Source: Azolla caroliniana
Lineage: Eukaryota > Plantae > Polypodiophyta
Length of the DNA stretch: 64,000 bases
Assembly: GCA_043228905.1 (NCBI GenBank)
Contig: JBHGNT010000010.1
Location: 17,794,001-17,858,000 of the forward strand
Direction of reading: 5' to 3'
Shown here: positions 22,859-38,339 of the stretch, piece by piece
Layout: the number at the start of each line of letters is the position of its first letter
Position numbering within the stretch: the stretch's first letter is position 1
Program-made: the position numbers and the translations under genes
The notes under the pieces: generated by a model
The model's input: only the letters and a program-made list of their open reading frames with translations
The model's database searches: none
Told to the model about the DNA's origin: nothing

Positions 22859-24566
22859 GCAGGTGGACTCGATAGGGTTTAGCAACAGTGGTAGCAACTA
22901 ACCCACAGTACTCAACTAGAGATGGCCTACGTGATGTGGCAAAGGATCATGCATAATGGACCTAGGAATTCGATATATAATTTATGGTACACATTTATGG
23001 TGCACACATCAATTTATGTTGCACATTTATGGCACTCATTTACATATGTAATTAAAACACTCTAGTATTTTCAATGGTAGTTTTTTGCATACTTAATTTA
23101 TTAATGATGGCTTTTTACTAAAATGACTATTTATCAATGGTAGCTTTTTGCATAGCTAATTAGCTATGTCAAGGACATAGCTAATTGTTTCCACTCGCAT
23201 GCTTTCACCCATTACTACTAATCAATAGACCAAAATAAAATAAAAAGAAGGAAAATAGATTGGATAGAAGAACCCGTTCCACCCGACCACCCCCGAGCTA
23301 TGATCAAGACATAGCCAACCTACCACTGACGTCCCATATCGCAAGATATTAGGATGACTAATACCTTGGAAGAGATAACACGATCGTCAAGATGAAAGCC
23401 TTGCCCGCACCACCGGTGTCTAAGTCAACAACCTTCCGACATAGTGTGCATATGAGGGTAGCGAAGCCTCATATTTATACCTCTTCCTAGGCCCCTTGAA
23501 TAAATGTGCCTTTCTAAAAGACTCTCCATTCATTGGTTGTCCAAATCATGATAGTACATGCACCTATCATTCCTTCTATCCAAACACATTAGTCCCTTTT
23601 TAACATTAGTGAACATACCCTTCACTTATGTATATATAGTGACCTACCCTCACCTACATTATATGTACATAACAAGGCCCAATTTGGGCGACACGCATGG
23701 TGCATAATCATTACTCATCGTGGCTGCATGGGCTACTTGCATGGCGCTTCGCATGGGAGTGGTTGGGACTGAATCGGACTCGGTCAGCCCCACTCCACAA
23801 TATATGCTAATGCCTTTCTACTTTTCCATAATCTACACCATTCCACCAATACAACTGAGCTTAAATTCTCTTTAAATTGAGTTGGTGTGGTGGGCATATA
23901 CTCTGAGGTTTGCCGATCCATGATCTTAGGTTCAATAGTGACTATGTAATGTTTTCCTTTCAACATTTTCTCTATCAATATTTGATTGATGTGTTTGTTT
24001 GACTCATGAGCTAAATTTGGCCTATGAGTTTAATTTGTTTCAGGCTTTCGATTATGCTCGAGAGCTTATTTTGGCCTAGGCATTTTGTCTGATGTTTATA
24101 ATGTTTGTTTGTAGAGTCTATAAGTATGGACTTCGTCTTTTTTTACTCTATCGTGAGCTCTATCTATCATGGCCTCCTTTTTTATCTTGAGATCATACTA
24201 TATAATGAGCCACTTCCTTCTCGTGAGTTTTGTCTAATTCATGAGATTTGCCCATCCTTAACTCTCATAAATTGTGAGCTCATTTCTTTAGTGTGATTGT
24301 AATCATTGTCTTGTTTGAGCTTTTTCACGAGCACCACTTAGTCTCTAAAAACCTTCCAATGCCTCCAACATTTTTGGTACTATTCACACCACCCAAAGAA
24401 CCTTCTCAACTCAACAACCATTTTTTACTCATGAATCCTTGAGCCCTTTCCCATGTGACAACCCTCACCAATTACTCACCCGTTTGACATAAATCATGCA
24501 ACCACCTCCCCACCCAATGTCGTCATTAGGTCTCTACTCCAAAGACAATTACCTTCCTATGTTCTT

Positions 24567-24884
24567 GATGTCCTCTTTCCCATTACATTTTTTGACTGGC
24601 CTCAACCGTTTTCTCGTATGTAATATTTGGGTGCAAAGAATCGAGATAGATAGTGCACAGACATACAAGAAAACAGGAGTACAGAAAACGAGAGAAATCA
24701 GTGACACAAGATGTTTTAACATGGAAAACCCGAAAGGGAAAAAAAACATGTGGAGTCCACAAACTCCAAAACATATCACTATACGGGGAGGAGTACAACA
24801 AGGGGATTCAAGGCAACGACCTTTACCTCTTCTTAGTCGATTGACGACTACAGAGTTACACACACTCACACACACACACACACA

Positions 24885-24935
<51 letters not shown>

Positions 24936-25225
24936 TACAAGGGCAACTACCTTTGCTAACGACACAAAATAGTGATCAACTACACTTACATAAAGTTTGC
25001 CCTAGTTGTATTTATACTTATACAACTTTCTAGGCCCTATTTATTGACATAGCCCACTTGGGGCACATTTAGACTATTTACAATTATAGTCTCCCAAATC
25101 GGTTATATAATCAATTTTCGGCCTTGGCCGAATTATTCATCAACTCCATCTGATTCGACTCTTGCTCTTCCCATCCAGAGGGACATGTTTCCCACCATTA
25201 ATGAACCCCCATCTTTGAGTGATAT
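24567..25225 (-). mobile_element. Probable Copia-type solo LTR remnant
   Basis: Contains gacacaagatgttttaacatggaaaacccgaaagggaaaaa (typical of a reversed Copia U5), (CA)n(CT)n and tatttata. Boundaries are uncertain. Confidence 0.4.
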
Positions 25226-25279
25226 ATTGTTCTTGTGAGTTTTTACATGGGTGCGAGAGAGAGAGAGAGAGAGAGAGAG

Positions 25280-25463
25280 AGCTCAGTTGGTAAGGTTGCC
25301 CAATGGAGACCAGGTGGTCATGGGTTCAACCCCTACATTCCACAGTGGCATCTAGTGAAATAGAGATATATATGAAGTATATAATAGAGAGGTGAGGAAA
25401 TTGGGTTTCGAACCCAAGACACAGTGCTTGTAGTGTTATCGACTTACCACTAGGGTAAGCTAC
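25280..25463. mobile_element. Tail-to-tail pair of tRNA-derived SINE-like units (A on +, B on -)
   Basis: The + unit has AGCTCAGTTGG (A box) and GGTTCAACCCC (B box). The - unit has TAGTGGTAAG and GGTTCGAAACCC. The pair follows (GA)n. Confidence 0.65.
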
Positions 25464-25699
25464 TTAAAGAGATTCTATTATCATTTTTGGAGGTCAAATA
25501 TGACATTTCACGTGATACATGTGAAAGTGAGTAACAACTCTTCATGTTCAAGAACTTTACTAGTGAATGTTGCAATTGAGAGTGCACATTGCGGTTGTGA
25601 GAGAAATTTGTGCAAGCATTGGGCTTGATCAAAGATGCATGGAAAGCATGGTTGAATACAATCGAAGGTAGAGAAACTGATCAGAGTGTGATACTCAAG

Positions 25700-27330
25700 A
25701 CTCTTAAACTTGTTTAGGGCAAAGTGTGCATTGTTGATCGCTCTCGTCACTTGTGCCTCAACGTATTGTCTCACATCGCAATGCATGTGAGCTAAGTTGC
25801 ATGAAAGCAATGGTTCGAATGGCAAACAATAGGATAGGCTCTAACATGTATCGATGAGTATGGGTTCCCCATTCCACATCTGTAGTGTAATGTGTGAAGT
25901 GTGAGCCTCCACATTTGTCCCATGTCATGATACATTGGCATCGCAAAAATGCATCATTTACAAAGGAATCTAGTGATGCATCATGAAGCAAGTGTGTTGC
26001 ATCCTATCTATTAAACCATTTTTCCAAATCTTGTATCCAACCAGAACACAAATTTTGGCTTTTATGTATCTTTTGGATCTTTTTGATCGCTTCCCATGCA
26101 ATTATAGGAAGTCTATGTGAGGGAATTTTTTGAACCGTAAGCATGTATTCAACAACCCTTTTTGTGGCCATGATCTCAATGGGAAGACTTGATTCTCTGT
26201 CAAGGAGGAGGAGGGTGTATGGTGTTTGTTTCTTAACTTGTAGAAAACTTTGTAAGAAAATGTTTTTGGACATTTACAAACTCATTCCAAGTAGATTTAA
26301 GGATACTACCACCCCATAAAGAAGCATTGATGTCACCAAAGTCCCGAAAAGGTATTTCTTGAGGACCCAACGCTCAATATCTCCATGATTGAATGTGTTA
26401 TTATATTATGCATAATATGCTCTCTTTCCCACCTTTAAGCGGCATGTAGCACATTCATTCCATCTATGATTTGAAGGGACTTCAAGGCCAAGATATTCGT
26501 AACTTTCTCTCACATATACACCAACCCTAGACTACGACAAAGCATAGATGACGAGGCTACGACCGATAAGGTTACGAATGTGGAACTCGACATGATGAGG
26601 GTAGAAACTCGGGAAGTTGGGAGCGGTGAGACGAGGAACTTAAGACACTAGGAACGACACAAGAGCATAAGACAGAGATGTAAATAAAGGAGAGAAGATG
26701 GGGAGAAACGAGAATACTAGATTGATGTATCAATGACTATGTTGAATCCCTTCAAAGGGATCAAGGAAGTTATAAGTATTTATACATGTTTGTGGCCTAT
26801 GCATGTAGTTCCATGCATCGGCCCATTTTCATGCAGAAGCTTCTGGAAGCTTCTAAAAACTCCTAGAACTTGGAATATAGATAATCTACTAATATATAAA
26901 TAACATGACTATGTATTTGGATGTGTTGGTTAGAATATAACACTTGCATCAGGAACCAGGTGCTGTAAATATGTATAGATATGGTATGAATTACTAGGTT
27001 ATAAGAGTTGTTGGGATACTTTTGTTGAAAATGAGGTGGGGACTATGACCACTTTGGTGAGAAGGCTAGAGTGAGGGTTGATGAATTTTTGGTGGCCTAT
27101 GATGTAATTTGTTTGCTAACTAATGCGAAGTAGTGTTTTCTTTGGAACAAAAAAAAGAATATAACACTAGCCTATATACAAGAGGTGAAGAGTTCGAATC
27201 TTGACATGATTGTTGTCATGTCCGTGACACTTTCCACATATTCAAGTGGCTAATTATTGTACATAATGCACGGTTTATCTTTTTTTTTGTTAGCTCTTCA
27301 CAAGCATAATATTTGTTTTTGAGAAGTTGA
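25700..27330 (-). mobile_element. Decayed LINE ORF2 3' fragment interrupted by a solo LTR
   Basis: ORF 26004-26273 (KKQTPYTLLLL...PIEIMA...HRLPIIAWE) resembles the post-RT region of the LINE at 54129-54560. Confidence 0.55.
26508..27229. mobile_element. Solo LTR
   Basis: Termini T(C)TCAC...GTGACA with a 5-bp TSD CTTTC at 26503-26507 and 27230-27234. Confidence 0.7.
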
Positions 27331-27899
27331 CACCTAATTTAGTATGTATGCAAAAAAATTTGAGAGAGAAAGAAAGTAAGTAAGAAAGAAAGATATATTA
27401 AAGTCTTCTAAGACCAAAATTGGCCCATGAGACAATTGGTTCACAATAAAAATGGGGTATTGACCCATTCATCGAAAGTAAAAGTTAAAAAAATAAAAAA
27501 TAAAATAGAACTTAAGCTAAAGAGTTCTAGCAAAAAAAACATGTTCTATAAGGAAATGACTTTATACTAGGCCTAGTTTCATTTCCATCCAAGTCTCTCA
27601 AAAAGAAGCGGGAGGTCAAAAGGTTTCGATGTTGAGGTGGCCCGTAGACCCAATGTAAAAGATACCACAACCATAGCTTCTAGGTGGCGTAGCTCACGTT
27701 CCCTTATCTTCTTAATTGTTTCTACTCCACGTCAAGTTGCTTTGAAGCTCGACATCCGAGGGCGTTTGGTTGTTCTTTGCATTTCTATTTCATCAAGAGA
27801 GAGGTCGAGTGGTGTAGGTGTGTTCACATTCATCGTCTCACCTTGTTCCTGAAAACTTATATTAGTTACATGTTGGTGAATATTAAAATGATTATGGTT

Positions 27900-28614
27900 A
27901 ACATTTTGTAGTTTTTCCTCCCTATGTTGTTTTAGCTCTAAGATATACCTACCTAGTCTCTTTATAACCAGGGGGTATCTAATAGTTTGGAGAGGGTGGG
28001 AGAGGATCATAGTATGTCTTGGTATTTCGCCCTTATCTCGGCATAAGTTGGACACTTGCATGTAAAGTGATACTCATCCTCTATCTCTATGTGATACATA
28101 GCCTTTCCTCTCTAGGGACTCCATTAATATGACCATTCTCAATCTCAAGTTGGTGGGATGATTTCCTAAGTTGTCCAATGGGCACCCTTAATGCATTTGT
28201 CAAGAATGTATCTAGATATTTTGGTCGTGTAATAAAACCTAGCTCAGAGAAGTGCATGAAGTGTTCCTTATAGTACAACATTTTAGATGGGAGTGGCTCT
28301 CGTGGGGTGATCCGTTTATATTGGGTATAAATTTGCCATATTTCTTGGCGTATTGCTTTATTACGGTCCTCATGAGAGATTAAAGTTTGATCAGTCCCAT
28401 GGTTGTACCTAAGGGGAGGTAGGTTATTAACGTCTATGCCATTTGCAAGTAACCAATGCACTACAATGCTATACTAAGAGCTACTATCTCCGGACTCATA
28501 TAGGGATCGGGATGCCTAAAAAGCTTGACGGGATATCCTATCTTGTGGTTGGCTATGCATCCTACGAATAAAAACTACCAATTGGAAGAGTGCTTCTACT
28601 AACATTGGGGGCAG

Positions 28615-28620
<6 letters not shown>
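27900..28620 (-). mobile_element. LINE 3' end fragment
   Basis: RVPIGQLRKSSHQLEIENGH...PREERLC is typical of the non-LTR ORF2 C-terminal zinc-knuckle region. Confidence 0.6.
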
Positions 28621-28660
<40 letters not shown>

Positions 28661-29088
28661 TGCCTAGATGGATGTAGCTTAGTTGGTAAGGTTGCCCAAT
28701 GGAGACCAGGTGGTCATGGGTTCAACCCCTACATTCCACAGTGGCATCTAGTGAAATAGAGATATATATGAAGTATATAATAGAGAGGTGAGAAAATTGG
28801 GTTTTGAACCCAAGACACAGTGCTTGTAGTGTTATTGACTTACCACTAGGGCAAGCTCATTACGAGAGAGAGAGAGTGCCTAGATGGATGTAGCTTAGTT
28901 GATAAGGTTGCCCAATGGAGACCAGGTGGTCATGGGTTCAACCCCTACATTCCACAGTGGCATCTAGTGAATTAAACATTAAGAGATGTGTATGTATGGG
29001 GTATATAATACAAAGGTGAGTAAAATTGGGTTTTGAACCCAAGACATAATGACTTGTAGGGTAACAACTTACCAACAAGGTAAGCTAA
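28661..29088. mobile_element. Two further tandem copies of the tail-to-tail tRNA-derived SINE-like pair
   Basis: 28661-28857 and 28877-29088 are each preceded by (GA)n and are homologous to 25280-25463. Confidence 0.65.
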
Positions 29089-29258
29089 TTACAAAAAAGA
29101 AAAAAAAGAGAGAGACCGATGAAAACATGACTAACAGATACAAAGTCTACCCCCAAGGAAACAACCAGAAAATGGTAGGGGGGGCATTTTTTGAGGAGAT
29201 TAAGCAAAACTCAGGGGCATTTCGGGAAATAAACAAAAGCTACTCCCTCACTCTTAGG

Positions 29259-29267
29259 TTAGGGTTT
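29259..29267 (-). promoter_or_regulatory. Telo-box (AAACCCTAA) at the RPS15a transcription start region
   Basis: TTAGGGTTT lies just upstream of a pyrimidine-rich 5' leader and a 5'-UTR intron (about 29324-29475). This is typical of plant ribosomal protein genes. Confidence 0.6.
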
Positions 29268-29520
29268 CTTCCTTTGTCTCTCTTCCCATATCCAGCTCCA
29301 TCGCTGCGGGATCGAGCTCTGCAGGTTCTATTTGCTTCCTTTGTGTACCATCAAGATCTGCATCTTTTTTCTGTTTCATCTCCCCCTCCCCCCGCTCTCA
29401 GCACTGGCAAAACGTCTGCATCAATCCGCATCTTCTTTGGTTGTCTTCTTTCTTTCAATCTGCATCCGTGTGCAGGATAAGCTAGGTACAGAGATCTGAA
29501 AAGGGAATAAGAGGAGAGAG

Positions 29521-32193
<2,673 letters not shown>

Positions 32194-34310
32194 GCCGTTT
32201 CATTCATTCACATGGAGTTTTGAACCTGAGGAAATACTAATGCCTGTCAATTTGACTGGGGATAGCTATTGAGATTTGGAAATATTTTTAATTTTAAGGA
32301 AGCATCAGTTATCATTTTTGGTGAATTAAAATTTCTGGCATTGAGTGTGTCTTCTCTTATTTTTGGTTGAAAGGGTGTCTTGATTATTAAGTTTTCATGC
32401 TTCTATTTGTTCTGTAATGGAAACGCTATAAATCTAGGTCTATTTCATTGGCACGCTTCTTGACATGACATGGTTATTGCTTATATTACAATTTACATTG
32501 CCCTTATATAGGATGTATCCCTTTTATGTTGCCATCGCTGATAACCATAGCAGCTAATGATTAAGTTCTCCTTATTCAAAAGAAAATGCGAATGAAGAAA
32601 ATTACTATTTGATGATGCTCAGTGAAATTTATAGCTGCCGCTGATAGTAGTGTTGGATACACAAGTGAGTGGTTGGCCATAAAGGGAAATTCTATGGATA
32701 TATGCGTGTTATTACCCATAAGAGAAAAATAATATATTTCCTGGACAAGGGAAAATTGTATTTTGTCTGCTCTTTGCTACCTTAATACTTTTAAGAGAAA
32801 GGATCACCAACTCACCATAGAGGTTGGGTATCTTCCCTGCAATTGTTGATTTTGGGTACGTCATGGGATTTTGAAGAAAGACTGATTTTCAATGTTGAAT
32901 TTGATGTGGAATTAGATTCATATTGGCAAAGAAAGACTGATTTTGTGGCTTTCTAGCAGGTATTCTAATTTGGATGATTAACTAGATTTTATTTGACTTA
33001 TCTCCTCTAATAAGTCACTATGTGTAATTACATGTTAGGTCCATTCTCTAGGTTTGCTATGTGGTATAGGACCTTTCACAGGAATGAAATCATTAGACCA
33101 TCAACAGTGGAAAAGCCTTATAATAGAGGCAATGCCTGTACAGAAGAAGGGAAAGAAAACAAGCTTGTGCTAGAAGTTAGAACCTCCTGGCATAAGGCTC
33201 CTAAGATTGATAGATTATGTCCTCTGAAAGGTCTTCCATTAGTTCCTTCTAAGAGATGGGTAACGCAAGCAAATAAAAACTACATGCCCCCTTGTATCTA
33301 GTACTTGTGCAAATCACCAATACATATGGCATCCATATCCAATGTAAGTTTCTATGATTGTCTGCATGAACTACAAACAGCTCCATCCAAATGGATGAGA
33401 TGGTTTTGGCATTGTGGAGATAAATAGATCATTTGTTGCTCGCAAAGGTGAAATATGATAAGCAGGATCAGAGTGAAATATTTTCACATAGTGCCTGTAG
33501 TTGAGATGTGACTCTTGATGCTGAAGAATTTCACTAATGAGCAATGCAATTGAGAATGTACTTTGTGGCAAAAGTATATGGGTTTTAGTTTTGGCTGCAG
33601 ACGTTAAATATGACCAATAGTATCCGGATGCATGGGCTGGTAAAAGAAAAAGGCTTATGACTAGGGTACATCACCACATTTGTCTTAACATCATAGTAAT
33701 TTTTTGAGATGTTTGTTAAGGTAGTGCATTTAGGTACTTGATAAATTGCTACAGCTAGTTTTTTGAGAGATAATGTTGAGTTTGAATAATTATTTTACTT
33801 TGCTACAATTAAAGAGGTAATAAATAACTTTCCCCTTGAATTAAGTGTAATATAAAAGCTTCTAGGGTTAATATTGAAAATATCCCTACTATCCTTGGTA
33901 GAAAATGCAGCACATAATTAATATTGAAATTCTTTTTTTTGGAAATAAAAAATAAAAAAATATTGAAATTCTTATCAATTGGATCTCCTGATAGGAAAGA
34001 GATTCAACTAAATTCTGGTAACCAGATGTGCAATGGCAACTAAAGAATTCAAATTAGTCAAGATAATTGAAGATATATTGAATGTGATATGTGCATGTCA
34101 CATTTTACAAATAAACGATGTATGTGGCATGTGGTTTGATTTCCATGGATAGAAAGTTGATGTAATGGTAAGGGTGAAAAAAATTGCTTGAAAGAAAATA
34201 GTACATGTTACATTTACAAAAAGACATGATAGTCTTGTACATATACATATGTTTATATGGTCGATCTTCAATGGAATGTACACATGTGAGTCCTTACATA
34301 TACAAGCTGT

Positions 34311-36452
34311 TCATACAACTGTTTGGTCATTATTTTCTGAAGCAAAGGATACCTTGGATAGCATCAAGTCAGCCATACAACTATCTAGATTCAGTTCAAG
34401 TGCACGTGTGATAATACGCTCTCCTCGGTGCACCTCACCAGGTTGTTTACATGCACCAAGCAATGTCATCAATGATACCAAATTTGCTTGTGGTGACATA
34501 CTCTTAGTCAAATTCTCGGCTTCATCTAACCTACCAGCTCTACCAAGTAAATCAATCAAGGAGTTGTAGTGCTTTCTCACTGGTTCGATGCCATAGGTTT
34601 GATACATTAGTGCGAAACATTGAAGACCTTCATCGACCAAACCTGTATGACTACATGAAGAAATGATAGATAAGAAGCTAACTTCATCAATAATGACTCC
34701 TTGTTCGACCATTCCATAGAAAACATCAAGAGCAACATTGCCATGGCCATGACGAGCACAAGTTGTGACCAAGGTATTCCAAGTAACTGTATCCTTTGTT
34801 TGCATGTGTGCTAACCCTCGCTTAGCCTCTTGCAAGCAACCACATTTACTATACATGTCAATAATGGCATTGCCCACTAGAACATCAGAACCTAGCTGCG
34901 TTTCTAAGGTCATAACATGTGTCCGTCTCCCATCTTGTAATGAAACATTTTTGGCACATGCATCAAACACACTCACCAAGGTAGCTCTGTTTGGCTCAAT
35001 TCCTTCTTGCATCATCCTTGTGAAACATTCGAGTGCTTTCATACCCTCTTGGTTTTGGACAAACACAGCAATGAGAGCTGCCCACACAACCACGCCACAT
35101 GTATTATCAAGCCTTTCAAATGCAGCTTGGCTATCTTCCACACTATGACATTTACCATACATATTGATGATGGCGGCATCAACAAGGAGATCAGACTCGA
35201 ATTGAGAATTGAGAACCAATGAGTGCATGTGCTTACCTTTAGATATGGCTCCTTCTACACTTCCTGTTGCATCTAAGACACTAACAACTGTAAATTTATT
35301 GGGTAGGATTCCTTCACATTTCATTTGCTCAAAAAGCTGGAAAGCTCCATCACCCTGCTCATTGTGGGCATGTAGTTCAATCATTGCTGTCCATGTGATC
35401 ACATTCTTTTCAGAAATATCGTGAAATGATGCGTTTGCAAGCTCTAGATGACCACATTTCCCATACATGTGGAGAACTGAGGTTCCTAAGACCACGTCCA
35501 AGTTGAGCGCGAAACTCATAATGCAAGCGTGAGCTCGTATGCCTTGAATAATAAGATCACTCTCTCCGACACAACAAGCATCAATCACAGTACAAAAGGC
35601 AACCTTATCAGGCAATATGCCTTCTTGTTGCATTCGATGGAAGAGTCCAAGTGTGGTTTCACATGCATAGGCTTTTGGTCTGGTGGACATTCTATCATGT
35701 GTAAGTGATTCAGCATAAGTTTTGTCATTCATCCACGATTGGGTGCACATTTTGTCATTTGTCCAGAATTGGATGGACATTTCATCATTCCTACAAGGTT
35801 GGGTGGCAGACATTGTTTCCTTCATACAAAATTGGGCAGTCCACATTTCGGCATTCGTACTCGATAGGGTTGTAGACATTATGCTAGTCCAGGAGATCAC
35901 ATTCCGTTCGTTCATATCATCGAACTCTCTTCGTACTTCCTTTAAACAACCTTTCTTGCCATACATGTTCAATAAACCATTTCTTACCATCACACACTCT
36001 CGGGAATCACTCTCTCGTATACACACATGGGTTTTCTTTCCCTCCTGGATTGCCCCTTCATCCATTGATGACAAGCAAACCGTGAGAAAGCTCATGAAAG
36101 TGATGGTGTTTGGTTCCAATCCTTCATGATGCATTTGTTGGAGTGAAGAGAGAGCCAAATGAGAAAAAGGACCATCTCTGTTTCCATGCATCTTTGTATA
36201 TGCTCTTATCATCACATTCCAAGAAAACACGCTATGTGGGTGAATACTTGCAAATGCATCATAAGCATCTTCTAAGGATCCACAATCACCATAGATCTGT
36301 ACAAGGAGGCCACCAAGAATAGGGCTTGTTTCAAGTCCCCTGTTTCTGATGTGGATATGGAGAGCTTTGCTCTCTGAAATGGACTGGGAAGCAGCATAAA
36401 GACGCAAGAGAGAGACCAAAGCTTGGAAAGAAGGAAGAGGATGATTTGCCAT
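34311..36452 (-). CDS. PLS-class PPR protein with E1 and truncated E2, no DYW
   Basis: PPR motifs (SWNVMIRAY, TWTAMIE, VWAALI, TWNTLV) and HYNSLIDLLGRAGRLDEAE...TLLGAC. First ATG is at 36452. Confidence 0.88.
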   Translation of the reverse strand: MANHPLPSFQALVSLLRLYAASQSISESKALHIHIRNRGLETSPILGGLLVQIYGDCGSLEDAYDAFASIHPHSVFSWNVMIRAYTKMHGNRDGPFSHLALSSLQQMHHEGLEPNTITFMSFLTVCLSSMDEGAIQEGKKTHVCIRESDSRECVMVRNGLLNMYGKKGCLKEVRREFDDMNERNVISWTSIMSTTLSSTNAEMWTAQFCMKETMSATQPCRNDEMSIQFWTNDKMCTQSWMNDKTYAESLTHDRMSTRPKAYACETTLGLFHRMQQEGILPDKVAFCTVIDACCVGESDLIIQGIRAHACIMSFALNLDVVLGTSVLHMYGKCGHLELANASFHDISEKNVITWTAMIELHAHNEQGDGAFQLFEQMKCEGILPNKFTVVSVLDATGSVEGAISKGKHMHSLVLNSQFESDLLVDAAIINMYGKCHSVEDSQAAFERLDNTCGVVVWAALIAVFVQNQEGMKALECFTRMMQEGIEPNRATLVSVFDACAKNVSLQDGRRTHVMTLETQLGSDVLVGNAIIDMYSKCGCLQEAKRGLAHMQTKDTVTWNTLVTTCARHGHGNVALDVFYGMVEQGVIIDEVSFLSIISSCSHTGLVDEGLQCFALMYQTYGIEPVRKHYNSLIDLLGRAGRLDEAENLTKSMSPQANLVSLMTLLGACKQPGEVHRGERIITRALELNLDSCMADLMLSKVSFASENNDQTVV

Positions 36453-38339
36453 GTCTTTCAAAACCCCAGTTTTAGCTTCATGGTTAGTGGGTTCTATTTC
36501 AAAATCAATTAGTGTTCAACTAGTCCCCAACATTAGTCCTCTTATGAGGTGAGGGGGGTTTTATTCTTAGAGAGAGGTGTTTCAATCATCTAGTTATTAT
36601 ATAAGATCTATTCATTCAGACTCGCCTTGTTGTCTCTATTCGCAAAAGAATACGTATCACTCTCGAGAGCCTCTTGGACCATGTGTTCAATGCTAAGTTA
36701 AATCTGAACTCAATTAGTGGGTTATGTAACATGTCTTTGAATCATCCCAATTATTGGATTGATTATGCAACTTGTCATGTTGACTTATCAACATGAATAT
36801 CTAGATTATCTACTTCTATTTTTTTTTTGGTGAAAAGCATCTATAGCCTGTAGCCGCTTGAAAAATGAATAAGCTCCATCATACATAAGATCGATGGACT
36901 CATAGTGTGTCTCGTTATCACGAATACTCGGAACGAATGAGTAAGCAAGAGGATGCACTCAAGAAGGGGAATGAGTAGTGGATTAAGGCTCAATCGCAAC
37001 TCCAACAAAGAGGATGGAAAAAGCTCCTCCTATGATATCAACTAGCCGACTAATCAAAGTTCAAGTCGAGAAGAAAAGGTCAAACTCATCATAGGATATT
37101 ACCAATGATATAGTTGAGGATGAGGTTGAGATTTGAGTTTGAAGCTCTACAACCTGGTGAAGATGACTTGTTGAAGCACTAGTAGAAGAAAACTAATGGG
37201 AGAGCTAGTAAAGAGCCAATGAAGAAGCTAGGAAAAATATCTAAGGAACTAGAGGAAGAGAGTACCGAAGAGCCATAAGCAAAGCCTAGTGAAAGAGCTA
37301 GGAGAAAAGTTGAGAAGAGCCGAAGAACCAAAGAGCCAAAAGTGTTGATCGAGAAGCTAAAGAATAGAACGAACTCATAGGTCGAGAAGATCGTAGGCTT
37401 GAGAAATTAATAAGGTTGATTTGAAGGTCCTCTAGGCATTGAAAGGGGAAGGTACTAGGTGTGTAAACAATGACAATTGATCCAAAGTGTAGCGTGTCCC
37501 AAAGATATCCTAGTTTTAGTTGTTACTAGTAGCATAGTGCACACAACTATGCTTCCATGATAGTTTTCTAAACGTCTTACTTGTCATTTGATAATTCACC
37601 AGAAATTTACCTCTTAAGAATGTGAAAGTTTTTTTAAAATTATATTGACACAATATATGACAATCATGGTATGTATCAATGGAATTCCAAAAAATATTGT
37701 TTGTCCATCTTTGTTAACATCTAATTAGCCCTTTGATCTTCTATGTTTCCAAATTTCAAACACACAACCCTACTGCATATCATGAATTTTTGGGCCATTC
37801 AATGATACTCCCATATGATGATCTATGTTCGATCTATTTCTTTTATCTCCTTAATGACATTTTTCCTAGGAAACCCTATCTCAAAAGCAATAATTCTATA
37901 TGGTATAGCTGAAATAGCTCGGTTTGGTCTCAACAAAATAGGGAAACTATATTGCCAATCTTTCATTTTGCAAAACATACCCTAAGCTTCATGCACAATG
38001 TAACCTCCTTAATTCAGCCGTAATGTATCAACACAACCATGCATATCCACTTGACGAGCTTTTACATCACGTATTTGTTGAGAGCATGCATTGACATCAA
38101 TATTTTGTTATAACTTGTAAGTAAAACATTTTCAACTACCTTTTACATTTGAATCCCTTAGAACATAATCAAGGGCATAGTGGCACGATGTAAATAATTT
38201 TGTTGCATTAAAGAGGCATAAGTTTCGTAACTTGCATTTAGTCTAGCTCCTATGTTTAAGCATAATGTTGGCATACTTATTTGAATAAAACTTTCTAGTG
38301 ATCCATATGAGTGAGCCATTTCCTTTAGGTTAGTAATCA

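Larger units (their letters stand above)
11208..23210. mobile_element. Sola2-like DNA transposon, 12.0 kb, apparently full length
   Basis: 25-bp TIRs GGGT(A/G)AAAGCATGCGAGTGGAAACA at 11208-11232 and 23186-23210 (1 mismatch). 4-bp TSD ATTA at 11204-11207 and 23211-23214. GRG termini and an internal DDD transposase. Confidence 0.88.

Noticed and set aside
28670-28740. Functional tRNA gene
   Set aside because: A and B boxes are present, but there is no convincing anticodon arm. The sequence is multi-copy and sits next to microsatellites, so it was treated as SINE-like.
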